The position numbers were made by a program, and so were the translations under genes. Shown piece by piece: positions 16,474 to 26,147 of a stretch of DNA of 56,268 nucleotides. The DNA is taken from contig CAMGEM010000001.1 in the NCBI GenBank assembly GCA_946055095.1, positions 1 to 56,268 on the forward strand, written 5' to 3'. The notes below the pieces were generated by a model. It made no database searches. It was not told where the DNA came from and saw nothing but the letters and a program-made list of their open reading frames with translations. This stretch comes from an uncultured Parabacteroides sp. Lineage in GTDB: Bacteria; Bacteroidota; Bacteroidia; Bacteroidales; Tannerellaceae. The stretch's first letter is position 1; each line of letters begins with the position of its first letter.

Positions 16474-18777
16474 ATGAACAAGACATTATTAGCTATCTTG
16501 TTGTGTCTTTGCTGTGCCTTGACGGCAGCAAACGCAGCAGATTACAACGCGCTGAACCCTTCGGATGCGAATATCGTAGGGCACATTATCGATAAAAAAA
16601 CAGGTGAACATCTACCTTTTATCAATCTATTCTTAAAAGGGACAACTATTGGAACGACGACCGACGCAACGGGTCATTATTATTTGAAGAACTTGCCTGA
16701 AGGAGAGTTTACGTTGGTCATGAAGGCATTAGGCTATCAGACCATCGAGCAGCAGGTGAAACTGAAACGGGGAAAGACCATCGAAATCAATTTCGAGGCG
16801 GTAGAGGATGCTGTCTCCTTGGATGGCGTAGTGGTCTCGGCCAACCGTAATGAGACGACACGAAGGATGGCACCCTCCTTGGTGAATGTGTTAGACAGTA
16901 AGACCTTTGAGACCGTTCATGCCACCTCTTTGGCCGACGGCTTGAACTTTCAGCCGGGTGTACGGGTGGAGAACAATTGCCAAAATTGCGGTTTTCAGCA
17001 GGTGCGAATCAACGGCTTGGAGGGGCCTTACACACAAATTCTGGTGGATAGCCGACCTATCTTTAGCGCATTGACCGGTGTGTATGGCTTGGAACAGATC
17101 CCGGCAAACATGATCGAGCGGGTAGAGGTGATGCGTGGTGGTGGCTCGGCGCTGTTTGGCTCCTCTGCGATTGCCGGCACGATCAATATCATTACCAAGG
17201 AGCCCTTGCGCAACTCGGCGCAGTTGGCTCACTCCCTGACCATGGTAGGAGGGAGCCGACCGGACAACAACACGACATTCAACGCCTCGTTGGTGACTGA
17301 CAATCACAAGGCGGGTGTTTACCTGTTTGGACAGGGACGGCATCGTGCCGCCTACGATGACGATGGGGATGGCTACACGGAGTTAGGTAAGCTGGAGGCA
17401 AAGACGTTGGGCTTTCGCTCTTATCTGAAAACCAGCAACTATGCGAAGCTGACCTTTGAATACCACAACATCAGTGAGTTCCGACGGGGTGGAAACTTGC
17501 TGGATTTGCCACCGCATGAGACGGATATCACGGAGCAAACCGATCATCAGATCAATGGGGGCGGATTGAAGTTCGACCTCTTTTCCAAGAACGAGCGTCA
17601 CCGACTGAGTGTCTATACCTCCGCGCAGCATACCAAGCGGCAAAGCTATTACGGAGCGGGACAAGACCCTAACGCCTACGGTAGCACCACCGATATGACC
17701 TTCGTGGGCGGCTCGCAATACAATTATGAGTCCGAACGCTGCCTCTTCATGCCCGCAACCTTTACGGGTGGTATGGAATATAGCTACGACGACCTGCAGG
17801 ATCGCATGTTAGGCTATAACCGAACCATCTCACAAACGGTGCACATCGGGAGCCTTTTCGCGCAGAACGAGTGGAAGAACCACTATTGGAGCCTGTTGAT
17901 CGGTGGCCGTTTAGATAAGCATAACTTGATGGATCATGTGATCTTTAGCCCTCGTGCCAACTTGCGCTATAACCCGACTGACGACATGAACTTGCGCCTC
18001 TCTTATTCGAGCGGTTTCCGGGCACCGCAAGCCTTCGACGAGGATCTGCATATCACAGCCGTAGGCGGCGATGTCGCCTTGATTCAACTGTCTCCCAGCT
18101 TGAAAGAGGAGAAGTCGCAGAGCCTAAGTGCTTCCGCCGATCTGTATCATCGCTTTGGCCCGGTGCAGGTCAATTTCCTGGTGGAGGGCTTCTACACCGA
18201 CTTGCGGGATGTTTTCATCTTGGAGGAGATGGGACGAGACGAGGCGGGCAACCTCTTGTTGGAACGACGCAATGGCAAAGGAGCCAACGTGATGGGTATC
18301 AACTTAGAGGGAAAAATGGCCTACGCTTGGTTGCAGCTGCAAGCGGGAGCTACCTGGCAACGGAGCCGCTATAAGGAGCCGGAGCAGTGGAGCGATAACC
18401 CGCATATCGAGCCCCAAAAGAAGATGTTCCGCTCGCCGGATTGCTATGGCTATTTCACGGCGACACTCACGCCGGTGAATCGCTTGACCGCCGCCTTGAC
18501 GGGTACCTACACAGGATCCATGCTCGTGCAACACTTCGCAGGCTATGTGCCCGAGGATCGGGAGGAAACCACCCCTCACTTCTTCGACATGCAGGTGAAG
18601 CTGGCCTATGACATCCCTTTGGCGCAGGCCTTCACGTTGCAAATCAATGGGGGCGTTCAGAACTTGTTCAACTCCTATCAGTCTGATTTTGATAAAGGAG
18701 CGAATCGAGATGCCGGCTATATCTATGGCCCAAGCACCCCTCGGAGCTTCTTCGTGGGCTGTAAGATTAGTTATTGA
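16474..18777 (+). CDS. TonB-dependent outer membrane receptor (putative metal uptake)
   Basis: Signal peptide, CarboxypepD_reg-like N-domain, TonB box 'DGVVVSA', plug NNCQNCG and 'IERVEVMRGGGSALFG..AIAGTINIITK', C-terminal aromatic strand. Confidence 0.93.
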   Translation: MNKTLLAILLCLCCALTAANAADYNALNPSDANIVGHIIDKKTGEHLPFINLFLKGTTIGTTTDATGHYYLKNLPEGEFTLVMKALGYQTIEQQVKLKRGKTIEINFEAVEDAVSLDGVVVSANRNETTRRMAPSLVNVLDSKTFETVHATSLADGLNFQPGVRVENNCQNCGFQQVRINGLEGPYTQILVDSRPIFSALTGVYGLEQIPANMIERVEVMRGGGSALFGSSAIAGTINIITKEPLRNSAQLAHSLTMVGGSRPDNNTTFNASLVTDNHKAGVYLFGQGRHRAAYDDDGDGYTELGKLEAKTLGFRSYLKTSNYAKLTFEYHNISEFRRGGNLLDLPPHETDITEQTDHQINGGGLKFDLFSKNERHRLSVYTSAQHTKRQSYYGAGQDPNAYGSTTDMTFVGGSQYNYESERCLFMPATFTGGMEYSYDDLQDRMLGYNRTISQTVHIGSLFAQNEWKNHYWSLLIGGRLDKHNLMDHVIFSPRANLRYNPTDDMNLRLSYSSGFRAPQAFDEDLHITAVGGDVALIQLSPSLKEEKSQSLSASADLYHRFGPVQVNFLVEGFYTDLRDVFILEEMGRDEAGNLLLERRNGKGANVMGINLEGKMAYAWLQLQAGATWQRSRYKEPEQWSDNPHIEPQKKMFRSPDCYGYFTATLTPVNRLTAALTGTYTGSMLVQHFAGYVPEDREETTPHFFDMQVKLAYDIPLAQAFTLQINGGVQNLFNSYQSDFDKGANRDAGYIYGPSTPRSFFVGCKISY

Positions 18778-18846
18778 TTCCAAACAGGCGAAAAAACGAG
18801 ATTGGCTATTCCAATAATAATATGTATCTTCGCGGTTAAACAAATC

Positions 18847-19557
18847 ATGAGCATGAAATATAATACAGAAGAGAAGCGATTGGCTTTGCCGGATTATGGT
18901 CGCAACATCCAGAACATGGTCGATCATTGCCTGACGATCGCTGACCGAGAGGAGCGCACACGTTGCGCCAATACGATCATTAGCATAATGGGTAACATGT
19001 TTCCGCATTTGCGGGATGTGAATCACTTCAAACATATATTGTGGGATCATTTAGCAATCATGTCTGACTTCAAGTTGGACATTGACTATCCTTACGAGGT
19101 CATCAAGAAGGAGGAGCTTAACGTTCGTCCAAAGTGCTTGCCTTATCCCAAGAACAACATCCGCTATCGGCATTATGGCAAGATCATCGAGTTGATGATC
19201 AACGAGGCGAGCAAGATGGAGGAGGGAGCGATGCGTGACCGGTTGGTACAGTTGCTGGCTACCCACTTGAAGTTGGATTACCTCTTATGGAACAAGGATT
19301 CGGTGGACGACGAGAAGATCTTCAAGGATCTGGCGGAACTGTCCAAATGGAAGCTCTCGTTGCGTCCCGATCAGCTCAAACTGATGGAGGGACGGGAGCT
19401 GATGCGTATCTGCAACGGCAACGCCGCGAAGAACATCTCGCAAGCGGCCAAGCAAGCGAACGCCAAGAAGAACCAAGGTGGCGGTGCGAAGAACCAGCCG
19501 AACGCGACAAAAAAGAATCCGAACAATCCCAATAAAAAACAGGCGAAGAAGCAGTAA
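18847..19557 (+). CDS. DUF4290 family protein
   Basis: 'YNT....L.LP.YGRNIQNMV', 'LWDHL.IMS.FKLDIDYPY', 'YRHYGK'; start placed after the -7 variant at 18825; low-complexity K/N/Q tail. Confidence 0.8.
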   Translation: MSMKYNTEEKRLALPDYGRNIQNMVDHCLTIADREERTRCANTIISIMGNMFPHLRDVNHFKHILWDHLAIMSDFKLDIDYPYEVIKKEELNVRPKCLPYPKNNIRYRHYGKIIELMINEASKMEEGAMRDRLVQLLATHLKLDYLLWNKDSVDDEKIFKDLAELSKWKLSLRPDQLKLMEGRELMRICNGNAAKNISQAAKQANAKKNQGGGAKNQPNATKKNPNNPNKKQAKKQ

Positions 19558-20867
19558 TGAGTTCGTTCGTAATCGAGGGAGGACACCGTTTATCGGGTGA
19601 GATCGTCCCGCAGGGAGCGAAGAATGAGGCGTTAGAGGTGATCTGCGCCACCCTATTGACAGCGGAGCGAGTGACGATTCATAACATCCCGGACATCCTG
19701 GATGTGAACAATCTGATCTCGTTGCTGCGGGATATGGGGGTGAAGGTGGAGCGCCTCTCGGCGGGCAGCTATGCGTTTCAAGCGGATGCGGTGGATCTCG
19801 CCTACTTAGAGACACCTGATTTCTTGCGTCGAAGCGGAAGTCTCAGAGGCTCGGTGATGATCGTCGGTCCTTTGGTAGCACGTTTCGGACGGGCCTTGAT
19901 CCCTAAGCCGGGTGGCGATAAGATCGGTCGCCGTCGTTTGGATACCCATTTCGTGGGCATCCAGAAGCTGGGAGCTTGTTTCCATTACGACCCAGCCCGA
20001 CAGCTCTATGAGATCGCTTGCGACCATCTGCGAGGCACCTATATGCTCTTGGACGAGGCTTCCGTGACCGGTACGGCCAACATCTTGATGGCCTCAGTCT
20101 TGGCCGATGGGGTAACGACCATCTACAATGCGGCTTGTGAACCCTATTTGCAACAGCTCTCGGCCCTATTGAACCGTATGGGCGCCAAAATCTCCGGCGT
20201 AGGTTCCAACCTGCTGACCATTGAGGGAGTGGCTGCTTTGCATGGCACGACCCATACGATCCTGCCCGATATGATCGAGGTGGGTAGCTTTATCGGTATG
20301 GCAGCTATGACCGGCTCGGAGATTACCATCAAAGATACCGGTTATGCCAACTTGGGCATCATTCCCAATGCGTTCCGTCGGTTAGGCATCACGGTGGAGC
20401 AGCGAGGAGACGATATTTATATTCCTCGCCATGAGTCGTATGAGATAGATACCTTTATTGATGGCTCGATCATGACCATCGCTGACGCACCTTGGCCGGG
20501 ATTGACCCCGGACCTGTTGAGTGTCTTCTTGGTGGTGGCCACACAGGCTGTCGGTAGTGTGCTGATTCATCAGAAGATGTTCGAGAGCCGCCTGTTTTTC
20601 GTGGATAAGCTGATAGACATGGGGGCGCAGATCATTTTGTGTGATCCCCACAGAGCCACGGTGATCGGCCTTGGACATCGGTTCAAGTTGAGAGGCTCGA
20701 CGATGGTCTCGCCGGATATTCGTGCCGGTATCGCCTTGTTGATCGCGGCGATGAGCGCAGAGGGCAAGAGTGTTATCCATAATATCGACCAGATCGACCG
20801 CGGCTATCAAGACATTGACAAACGGTTGAATCGGATTGGCGCGCACATTGAGCGCATTAGGCAATAA
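19557..20867 (+). CDS. murA: UDP-N-acetylglucosamine 1-carboxyvinyltransferase
   Basis: GAKN, LRGS, PGGDKIGRR, SVTGTAN, PD.IE, FESR, DIRAG, RGY. Confidence 0.96.
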   Translation: MSSFVIEGGHRLSGEIVPQGAKNEALEVICATLLTAERVTIHNIPDILDVNNLISLLRDMGVKVERLSAGSYAFQADAVDLAYLETPDFLRRSGSLRGSVMIVGPLVARFGRALIPKPGGDKIGRRRLDTHFVGIQKLGACFHYDPARQLYEIACDHLRGTYMLLDEASVTGTANILMASVLADGVTTIYNAACEPYLQQLSALLNRMGAKISGVGSNLLTIEGVAALHGTTHTILPDMIEVGSFIGMAAMTGSEITIKDTGYANLGIIPNAFRRLGITVEQRGDDIYIPRHESYEIDTFIDGSIMTIADAPWPGLTPDLLSVFLVVATQAVGSVLIHQKMFESRLFFVDKLIDMGAQIILCDPHRATVIGLGHRFKLRGSTMVSPDIRAGIALLIAAMSAEGKSVIHNIDQIDRGYQDIDKRLNRIGAHIERIRQ

Positions 20868-20891
20868 GAATCCGTATAAATTGGAGAAGAT

Positions 20892-21413
20892 ATGATCAGG
20901 CAAGAGGAGGTTTTCAAGATTGGGCAATTCGCCAAACCCCACGGCATCAAGGGGGAATTGTCGTTGCTGACGCAATGTGATCTCTTTGAGGAGGCGGAGG
21001 AGCCTTACGTCGTCTGCGAGATGGATGGTATCTTGGTACCGTTCTTCGTGGAGGAGTATCGCTACAAGTCCGACTCGGTGATGCTGGTGAAACTGGAGGA
21101 TGTAAACTCGGAAGAGGAGGCACGTCCCTTCGTGAACAAGGAGGTGTTCTATCCGCTTGACCGGGTGGATCCAGCGGATTGGGTAGGTGAGATGACATGG
21201 GATAACTTCATGGGTTATACCGTGGTGGATGCCCACAAAGGGGAACTGGGCGCGATTACGGCGGTGGATGAATCGACCATCAATGTCTTGTTGCAGATCA
21301 ATCACCATGGCGAGGAGCTCTTGATCCCTGCCGCCGAGGAGTTGATCACGGCGGTCGATCACGAGGCACGCCGGTTGGAGGTCTCGCTTCCTGACGGTCT
21401 GTTGGATTTATAG
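20892..21413 (+). CDS. rimM: Ribosome maturation factor RimM
   Basis: IG...KPHGIKGE, LLIPA, ends LPDGLLDL. Confidence 0.93.
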   Translation: MIRQEEVFKIGQFAKPHGIKGELSLLTQCDLFEEAEEPYVVCEMDGILVPFFVEEYRYKSDSVMLVKLEDVNSEEEARPFVNKEVFYPLDRVDPADWVGEMTWDNFMGYTVVDAHKGELGAITAVDESTINVLLQINHHGEELLIPAAEELITAVDHEARRLEVSLPDGLLDL

Positions 21414-21443
21414 GTTGTTTTTCAAATCTGAATAGATAAGCAA

Positions 21444-22307
21444 ATGAGACAGCGAAATACGAAATCTTTTTGGCATCGCATCCGGTTTAAATACAAGCTC
21501 TCGTTCATCAACGAGGGCACGTTGGAGGAGGTTTGGTCATTCCGACTGAGCCAGTTGTCGGCTTTCGTGACATTGGCTCTTTTTGCTTGCTTCCTGATTG
21601 CGGTGACGGCGTTGATCATCATCACGACACCGATCCGCAACTACCTGCCTGGTTATTTGGATGTGGAGGTGCGTAAAGCGATCGTGGAGAATGCCTTACG
21701 AGCCGACTCCTTGGAGCGGATGATGGCTATCCATGAGCTCTACCTGAACAATGTGACGGGCATTCTTTCTGGCACATTGCCCATTGATTCGATCCGTCAG
21801 ATCGACTCTTTGGCTACCAACGACATCAACTATGAGATTCCTCGCAGCCAAGCGGAGGATGAATTTTTGAAGGAGTTCGCCGAGGAGGAGAAGTACAACC
21901 TGACCGTCTTGGCCGATCCTGAGAAGGTGCCAACGGACGGTGTCTTTTTCTACAAGCCGGTCAATGGCACCATCTCTGCGCATTATGAGGGAGCCCTGCG
22001 CCATTACGGGGTGGACTTGGTGGCCAAGGAACGGGAGAGCGTCTTGGCAACGCTCGATGGCACGGTGGTCTATGCCGGGTTCGATGCCAACCAAGGCAAT
22101 GTCATTCAGTTGCAACATAAAAATGGATTTATCTCGGTTTATAAACACAATGCTCTACTGCTGAAAGAGGTAGGGGACATGGTGCAGGCGGGAGAGGCGA
22201 TTGCGTTAGTCGGCAACACCGGCAAGCTATCCACGGGTCCGCATCTGCATTTTGAGCTGTGGTACAAAGGAAACCCGGTGAATCCAGAGGAATACATAGC
22301 ATTTTAG
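21444..22307 (+). CDS. M23 family metallopeptidase
   Basis: N-terminal TM; HYGVD, YKHN, STGPHLHFE, PVNP. Confidence 0.9.
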   Translation: MRQRNTKSFWHRIRFKYKLSFINEGTLEEVWSFRLSQLSAFVTLALFACFLIAVTALIIITTPIRNYLPGYLDVEVRKAIVENALRADSLERMMAIHELYLNNVTGILSGTLPIDSIRQIDSLATNDINYEIPRSQAEDEFLKEFAEEEKYNLTVLADPEKVPTDGVFFYKPVNGTISAHYEGALRHYGVDLVAKERESVLATLDGTVVYAGFDANQGNVIQLQHKNGFISVYKHNALLLKEVGDMVQAGEAIALVGNTGKLSTGPHLHFELWYKGNPVNPEEYIAF

Positions 22308-22311
22308 GGTC

Positions 22312-23463
22312 ATGAAGAAAAGACAATTAGCCATATTAGGATCAACCGGCTCGATTGGCACACAAGCCTTAGAGGTGATTAGTGAGCATAGCGACCTGTT
22401 CGAGGTCTATGCGCTGACCTGTAACAATCAGGTGGATTTACTGATCGAGCAGGCAAGGCGATTCATGCCGGAGGTGGTGGTGATCGCCAACGAACAGAAA
22501 TATCCCGAACTGAAAGAGGCTCTGGAGGATCTGCCCATCAAGGTATGGGCTGGTTCGGAGGCTATCGCCCAGTTGGTTCGGATGGAGCCGATTGATATGG
22601 TGCTGACCGCCATGGTCGGCTATGCCGGTTTACGCCCCACGATCGAGGCAATCAAGGCTGGCAAGGCCATCGCATTGGCCAACAAGGAGACATTGGTGGT
22701 GGCTGGTGAACTCATCATGGGCTTGGCAGCCAAGCACAATGTGCCTATTCTTCCGGTCGATTCGGAGCATTCCGCCATTTTCCAATGCCTGACGGGTGCC
22801 TACGACAACCCCATTGAGAAGATCTTGCTGACCGCTTCGGGTGGGCCGTTCCGCACGAAGACCCTGGAGGAGTTAGCTACCGTGACCAAGGCGCAAGCCC
22901 TGAAGCACCCGAACTGGACGATGGGTGCCAAGATCACGATCGACTCCGCTTCGATGATGAACAAGGGATTTGAGATGATCGAGGCGAAATGGCTCTTCGA
23001 TGTCACCCCCGAGCAGGTGCAGGTATTGGTGCATCCCCAATCGGTCATCCACTCTGCCGTGCAGTTTGAGGATGGGGCGGTCATCGCGCAGTTGGGCATT
23101 CCCGACATGAAGTTGCCGATCGCTTACGCCTTCTCGTTCCCCAAGCGCATGAAGAGTATGGCACCCCGCTTGGATTTCAGGAAATACGCGACACTCACCT
23201 TTGAGGAGCCGGATAAGGTACGCTTCCGTAACTTGGCTTTCGCTTTCGAGGCGGCCAAGCAGGGAGGGAATATGCCCTGCATCTTGAATGCGGCCAACGA
23301 GGTGGTGGTAGCTGCCTTCTTGCGGGATCAGATCGGTTTCTTGCGTATGAGCGAGGTGATCGAGCAGGTCATGGGCAAAGCGACCTTCAAGGTCAATCCC
23401 ACCTATGAGGATTACGTGGAGACCGATAGCGAGGCACGACGTATCGCGACGGAGTTGCTTTGA
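22312..23463 (+). CDS. dxr: 1-deoxy-D-xylulose-5-phosphate reductoisomerase
   Basis: LGSTGSIG, LANKE, PVDSEH, TASGGPF, HPNW.MG.KITIDSA, NAANE. Confidence 0.97.
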   Translation: MKKRQLAILGSTGSIGTQALEVISEHSDLFEVYALTCNNQVDLLIEQARRFMPEVVVIANEQKYPELKEALEDLPIKVWAGSEAIAQLVRMEPIDMVLTAMVGYAGLRPTIEAIKAGKAIALANKETLVVAGELIMGLAAKHNVPILPVDSEHSAIFQCLTGAYDNPIEKILLTASGGPFRTKTLEELATVTKAQALKHPNWTMGAKITIDSASMMNKGFEMIEAKWLFDVTPEQVQVLVHPQSVIHSAVQFEDGAVIAQLGIPDMKLPIAYAFSFPKRMKSMAPRLDFRKYATLTFEEPDKVRFRNLAFAFEAAKQGGNMPCILNAANEVVVAAFLRDQIGFLRMSEVIEQVMGKATFKVNPTYEDYVETDSEARRIATELL

Positions 23464-23527
23464 GCCTGGGTGAATAGTTGTATAGGGAAACAAGAAACGA
23501 TAAAACAGTATAGAGGAATAAACATTG

Positions 23528-24856
23528 ATGGAAACAATCTTAATTAAGGCGTTACAGCTCATTTTGAGCTTATCGATATTGGTGATTATCCATGAGTTCG
23601 GGCACTTTATCTTTGCTCGGATCTTCAAGGTGAGAGTGGAGAAGTTCTACCTTTTCTTCGATCCTTGGTTCTCGCTTTTCAAATACAAGCCTAAGAACAG
23701 CGACACGGAGTATGGTGTGGGCTGGCTTCCGTTAGGTGGCTATTGCAAGATCTCAGGCATGATCGACGAGAGCATGGACAAGGAGGCGATGGCCCAACCG
23801 CCCAAGCCCTACGAATTTCGTTCCAAACCGGCTGGTCAGCGTTTGTTGATCATGGTGGGTGGTGTGCTTTTTAACTTTATCTTGGCACTCTTTGTCTATT
23901 CCATGGTGCTCTTCACCTGGGGCGACACCTTCTTGCCCTTGAAGAACATGAAGATGGGTATGAACTACAGTGAGACTTTCCAAGAGGTAGGTTTCGTGGA
24001 TGGGGATATCCTGTTGCGTGCGGATGGTGTGGAGTTAGAACGTTTCAACAGTGATTGCTTCCGTAAGGTGGTCGAGGCCAAAGAGGTGACCGTCTTGCGT
24101 CAAGGTCAGGAGCGTACGATCGCCATTCCAGCGGATATGATGCAGCGTTGTATGCGTGAGGGCAAGGGATTCGCCGATCCGAACCGTTTCCCGATGGTGA
24201 TCAAGGAGATTCCTTCCACCGACTCACCGGCCGCTAAAGCTGGCTTACAGCCGGGCGATAGCATCGTAGGCATCAATGGGGTAGCCACACCGACCTTCTA
24301 TGAGGTGAGCGAGGCGTTAGCAGCGCATAAGAACGAGTCGATCGCATTGGATTTCTACCGTTCGGGATTGCGTCAGCAATTGACGTTGCAGACCGATACG
24401 GCTGGCAAGTTGGGTGTGATGGTGATGCTTCCCACGGAGTTGTATCAAATGGAGCATCGCACGTATAGCCTCATCACCTGTGTGCCAGCTGGTGTCAAAT
24501 TGGGTATCAAGACGCTGAAGGGCTACGTAGGTGATATGAAGTATGTCTTCACCAAGGAGGGTGCCTCCAGCTTGGGTGGTTTTGGCACGATCGCCAACCT
24601 CTTCCCGGCTACTTGGGACTGGCGTGCCTTCTGGATGCAAACGGCGTTCCTCTCGATCATCTTGGCATTCATGAACATCATTCCTATCCCTGCCTTGGAT
24701 GGTGGCCATGTGCTGTTCTTACTCTATGAGGTGGTCACACGCCGCAAACCGAGTGATAAGTTCTTGGAGTATGCGCAGATGGCCGGTATGGGACTGTTGC
24801 TCTTGCTCTTGCTCTATGCCAACGGCAACGACTTGATCCGTGCCTTCTTCCGTTGA
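23528..24856 (+). CDS. rseP: RIP metalloprotease RseP
   Basis: HEFGH, PLGGY, PDZ domains, NIIPIPALDGGH; follows dxr. Confidence 0.94.
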   Translation: METILIKALQLILSLSILVIIHEFGHFIFARIFKVRVEKFYLFFDPWFSLFKYKPKNSDTEYGVGWLPLGGYCKISGMIDESMDKEAMAQPPKPYEFRSKPAGQRLLIMVGGVLFNFILALFVYSMVLFTWGDTFLPLKNMKMGMNYSETFQEVGFVDGDILLRADGVELERFNSDCFRKVVEAKEVTVLRQGQERTIAIPADMMQRCMREGKGFADPNRFPMVIKEIPSTDSPAAKAGLQPGDSIVGINGVATPTFYEVSEALAAHKNESIALDFYRSGLRQQLTLQTDTAGKLGVMVMLPTELYQMEHRTYSLITCVPAGVKLGIKTLKGYVGDMKYVFTKEGASSLGGFGTIANLFPATWDWRAFWMQTAFLSIILAFMNIIPIPALDGGHVLFLLYEVVTRRKPSDKFLEYAQMAGMGLLLLLLLYANGNDLIRAFFR

Positions 24857-24896
24857 CGAACAGTAAACAGTATATATCCTAAAAAAATAGTAATTC

Positions 24897-25994
24897 ATGA
24901 AACTAAGAAATGTATGTTATGCAGCGATGGGTGCCTTAGCGCTATGCTTAGGGGCCTGCCAACAGCCGGTGGAGCCGCAAGAGACGGCGATCGCTGAGCG
25001 CTGGAGTGAGGAACAAGCCAATGCTTGGTATGCGAAGCTGCCTTGGTTGGCGGGTGTCGATTACATCAATGCCAGTTCGATCAATCAGATCGAGATGTGG
25101 AGCCAAGACACTTATAAAGCCGACGAGATCGACAAGGAGTTGGGTTGGGCTGAGGAGCTGGGCTTTAACACCCTGCGTGTTTATCTGAGCAGTGTAGTCT
25201 ATGAGAACGACCCGGAGGGATTGAAGGAGCGTATGGACAATTTCTTGACCATCTGCCAGAAGCACCAGATCAAGCCGCTCTTCACCATCTTTGACGATTG
25301 CTGGAACGCCGAGTCCGCCTACGGCAAGCAACCGGATCCGAAGCCGGGTGTGCATAACTCTGGCTGGGTGCAGGATCCTGCGGCTTCCTTACGTCAAGAT
25401 ACGGTGACGCTCTATCCCAAAATGGAGAAGTATGTGAAAGATCTGTTGACTACTTTCGGCCAAGACGAGCGCATCCTGTTGTGGGATCTCTGGAATGAGC
25501 CGGGCAATGGCAATCACGGTGTCAGCACGTTGCCTCACTTGAAGAAGGTGTTTGAATGGGCACGTGAAGCCAATCCCTCACAGCCGTTGACTTGTGGTGT
25601 CTGGAATTGGAACGACTCCTTCGCTCCGCTGAATGCCTACCAAATCGAGCAATCAGACGTGGTTTCATATCATAATTACAATGATCGTGCGGATCATGAG
25701 CAGACCATCAAATACTTTAAGATGTTCAACCGCCCATTGGTTTGCACCGAGTATATGGCACGTCGCAACAACAGTCTGTTCAGCACCATCATGCCGCTCT
25801 TGAAGGAGAACAAAGTGGTAGCGATCAACTGGGGCTTTGTGGCTGGTAAGACCAACACCATTTTCGCTTGGGATGAGCCGAAGCCGAACGAGAAAGAGCC
25901 TAAGCTCTGGTTCCACGACATCTATCGGCAGGATAAGACACCGTTCGATCCCGCCGAGGTGGCTCTCATTAAGTCGTTGACTGGTAAAGAATAA
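24897..25994 (+). CDS. Clan GH-A (GH5-like) glycoside hydrolase lipoprotein
   Basis: Lipobox LGAC; GFNTLRVYL, acid/base WNEP, SYHNY, nucleophile CTEY. Confidence 0.8.
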   Translation: MKLRNVCYAAMGALALCLGACQQPVEPQETAIAERWSEEQANAWYAKLPWLAGVDYINASSINQIEMWSQDTYKADEIDKELGWAEELGFNTLRVYLSSVVYENDPEGLKERMDNFLTICQKHQIKPLFTIFDDCWNAESAYGKQPDPKPGVHNSGWVQDPAASLRQDTVTLYPKMEKYVKDLLTTFGQDERILLWDLWNEPGNGNHGVSTLPHLKKVFEWAREANPSQPLTCGVWNWNDSFAPLNAYQIEQSDVVSYHNYNDRADHEQTIKYFKMFNRPLVCTEYMARRNNSLFSTIMPLLKENKVVAINWGFVAGKTNTIFAWDEPKPNEKEPKLWFHDIYRQDKTPFDPAEVALIKSLTGKE

Positions 25995-26004
25995 TCAAAC
26001 TTCA

Positions 26005-26147
26005 GGGCAGTGTTGAAAAACATTGCCCATCTTTTTTGAAAACGTTGCCGATTGTTTTCAAAAACGTTGCCCATAAAAATAAAAAGCATTGCCCGTAATT
26101 TTTGAAACGGTTGCCCATGGTTTTTCGAAACGATGGGCAATGTTTTT
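26005..26147. repeat. Intergenic 22-bp-period repeat element, copy 2 (5 direct units plus inverted units)
   Basis: TTGCC(C/G) cores at 26023, 26045, 26067, 26089 and 26111; inverted GGGCAA at 26135; extra 5' inverted unit GGGCAGTGTT at 26005; between convergent genes. Confidence 0.92.
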
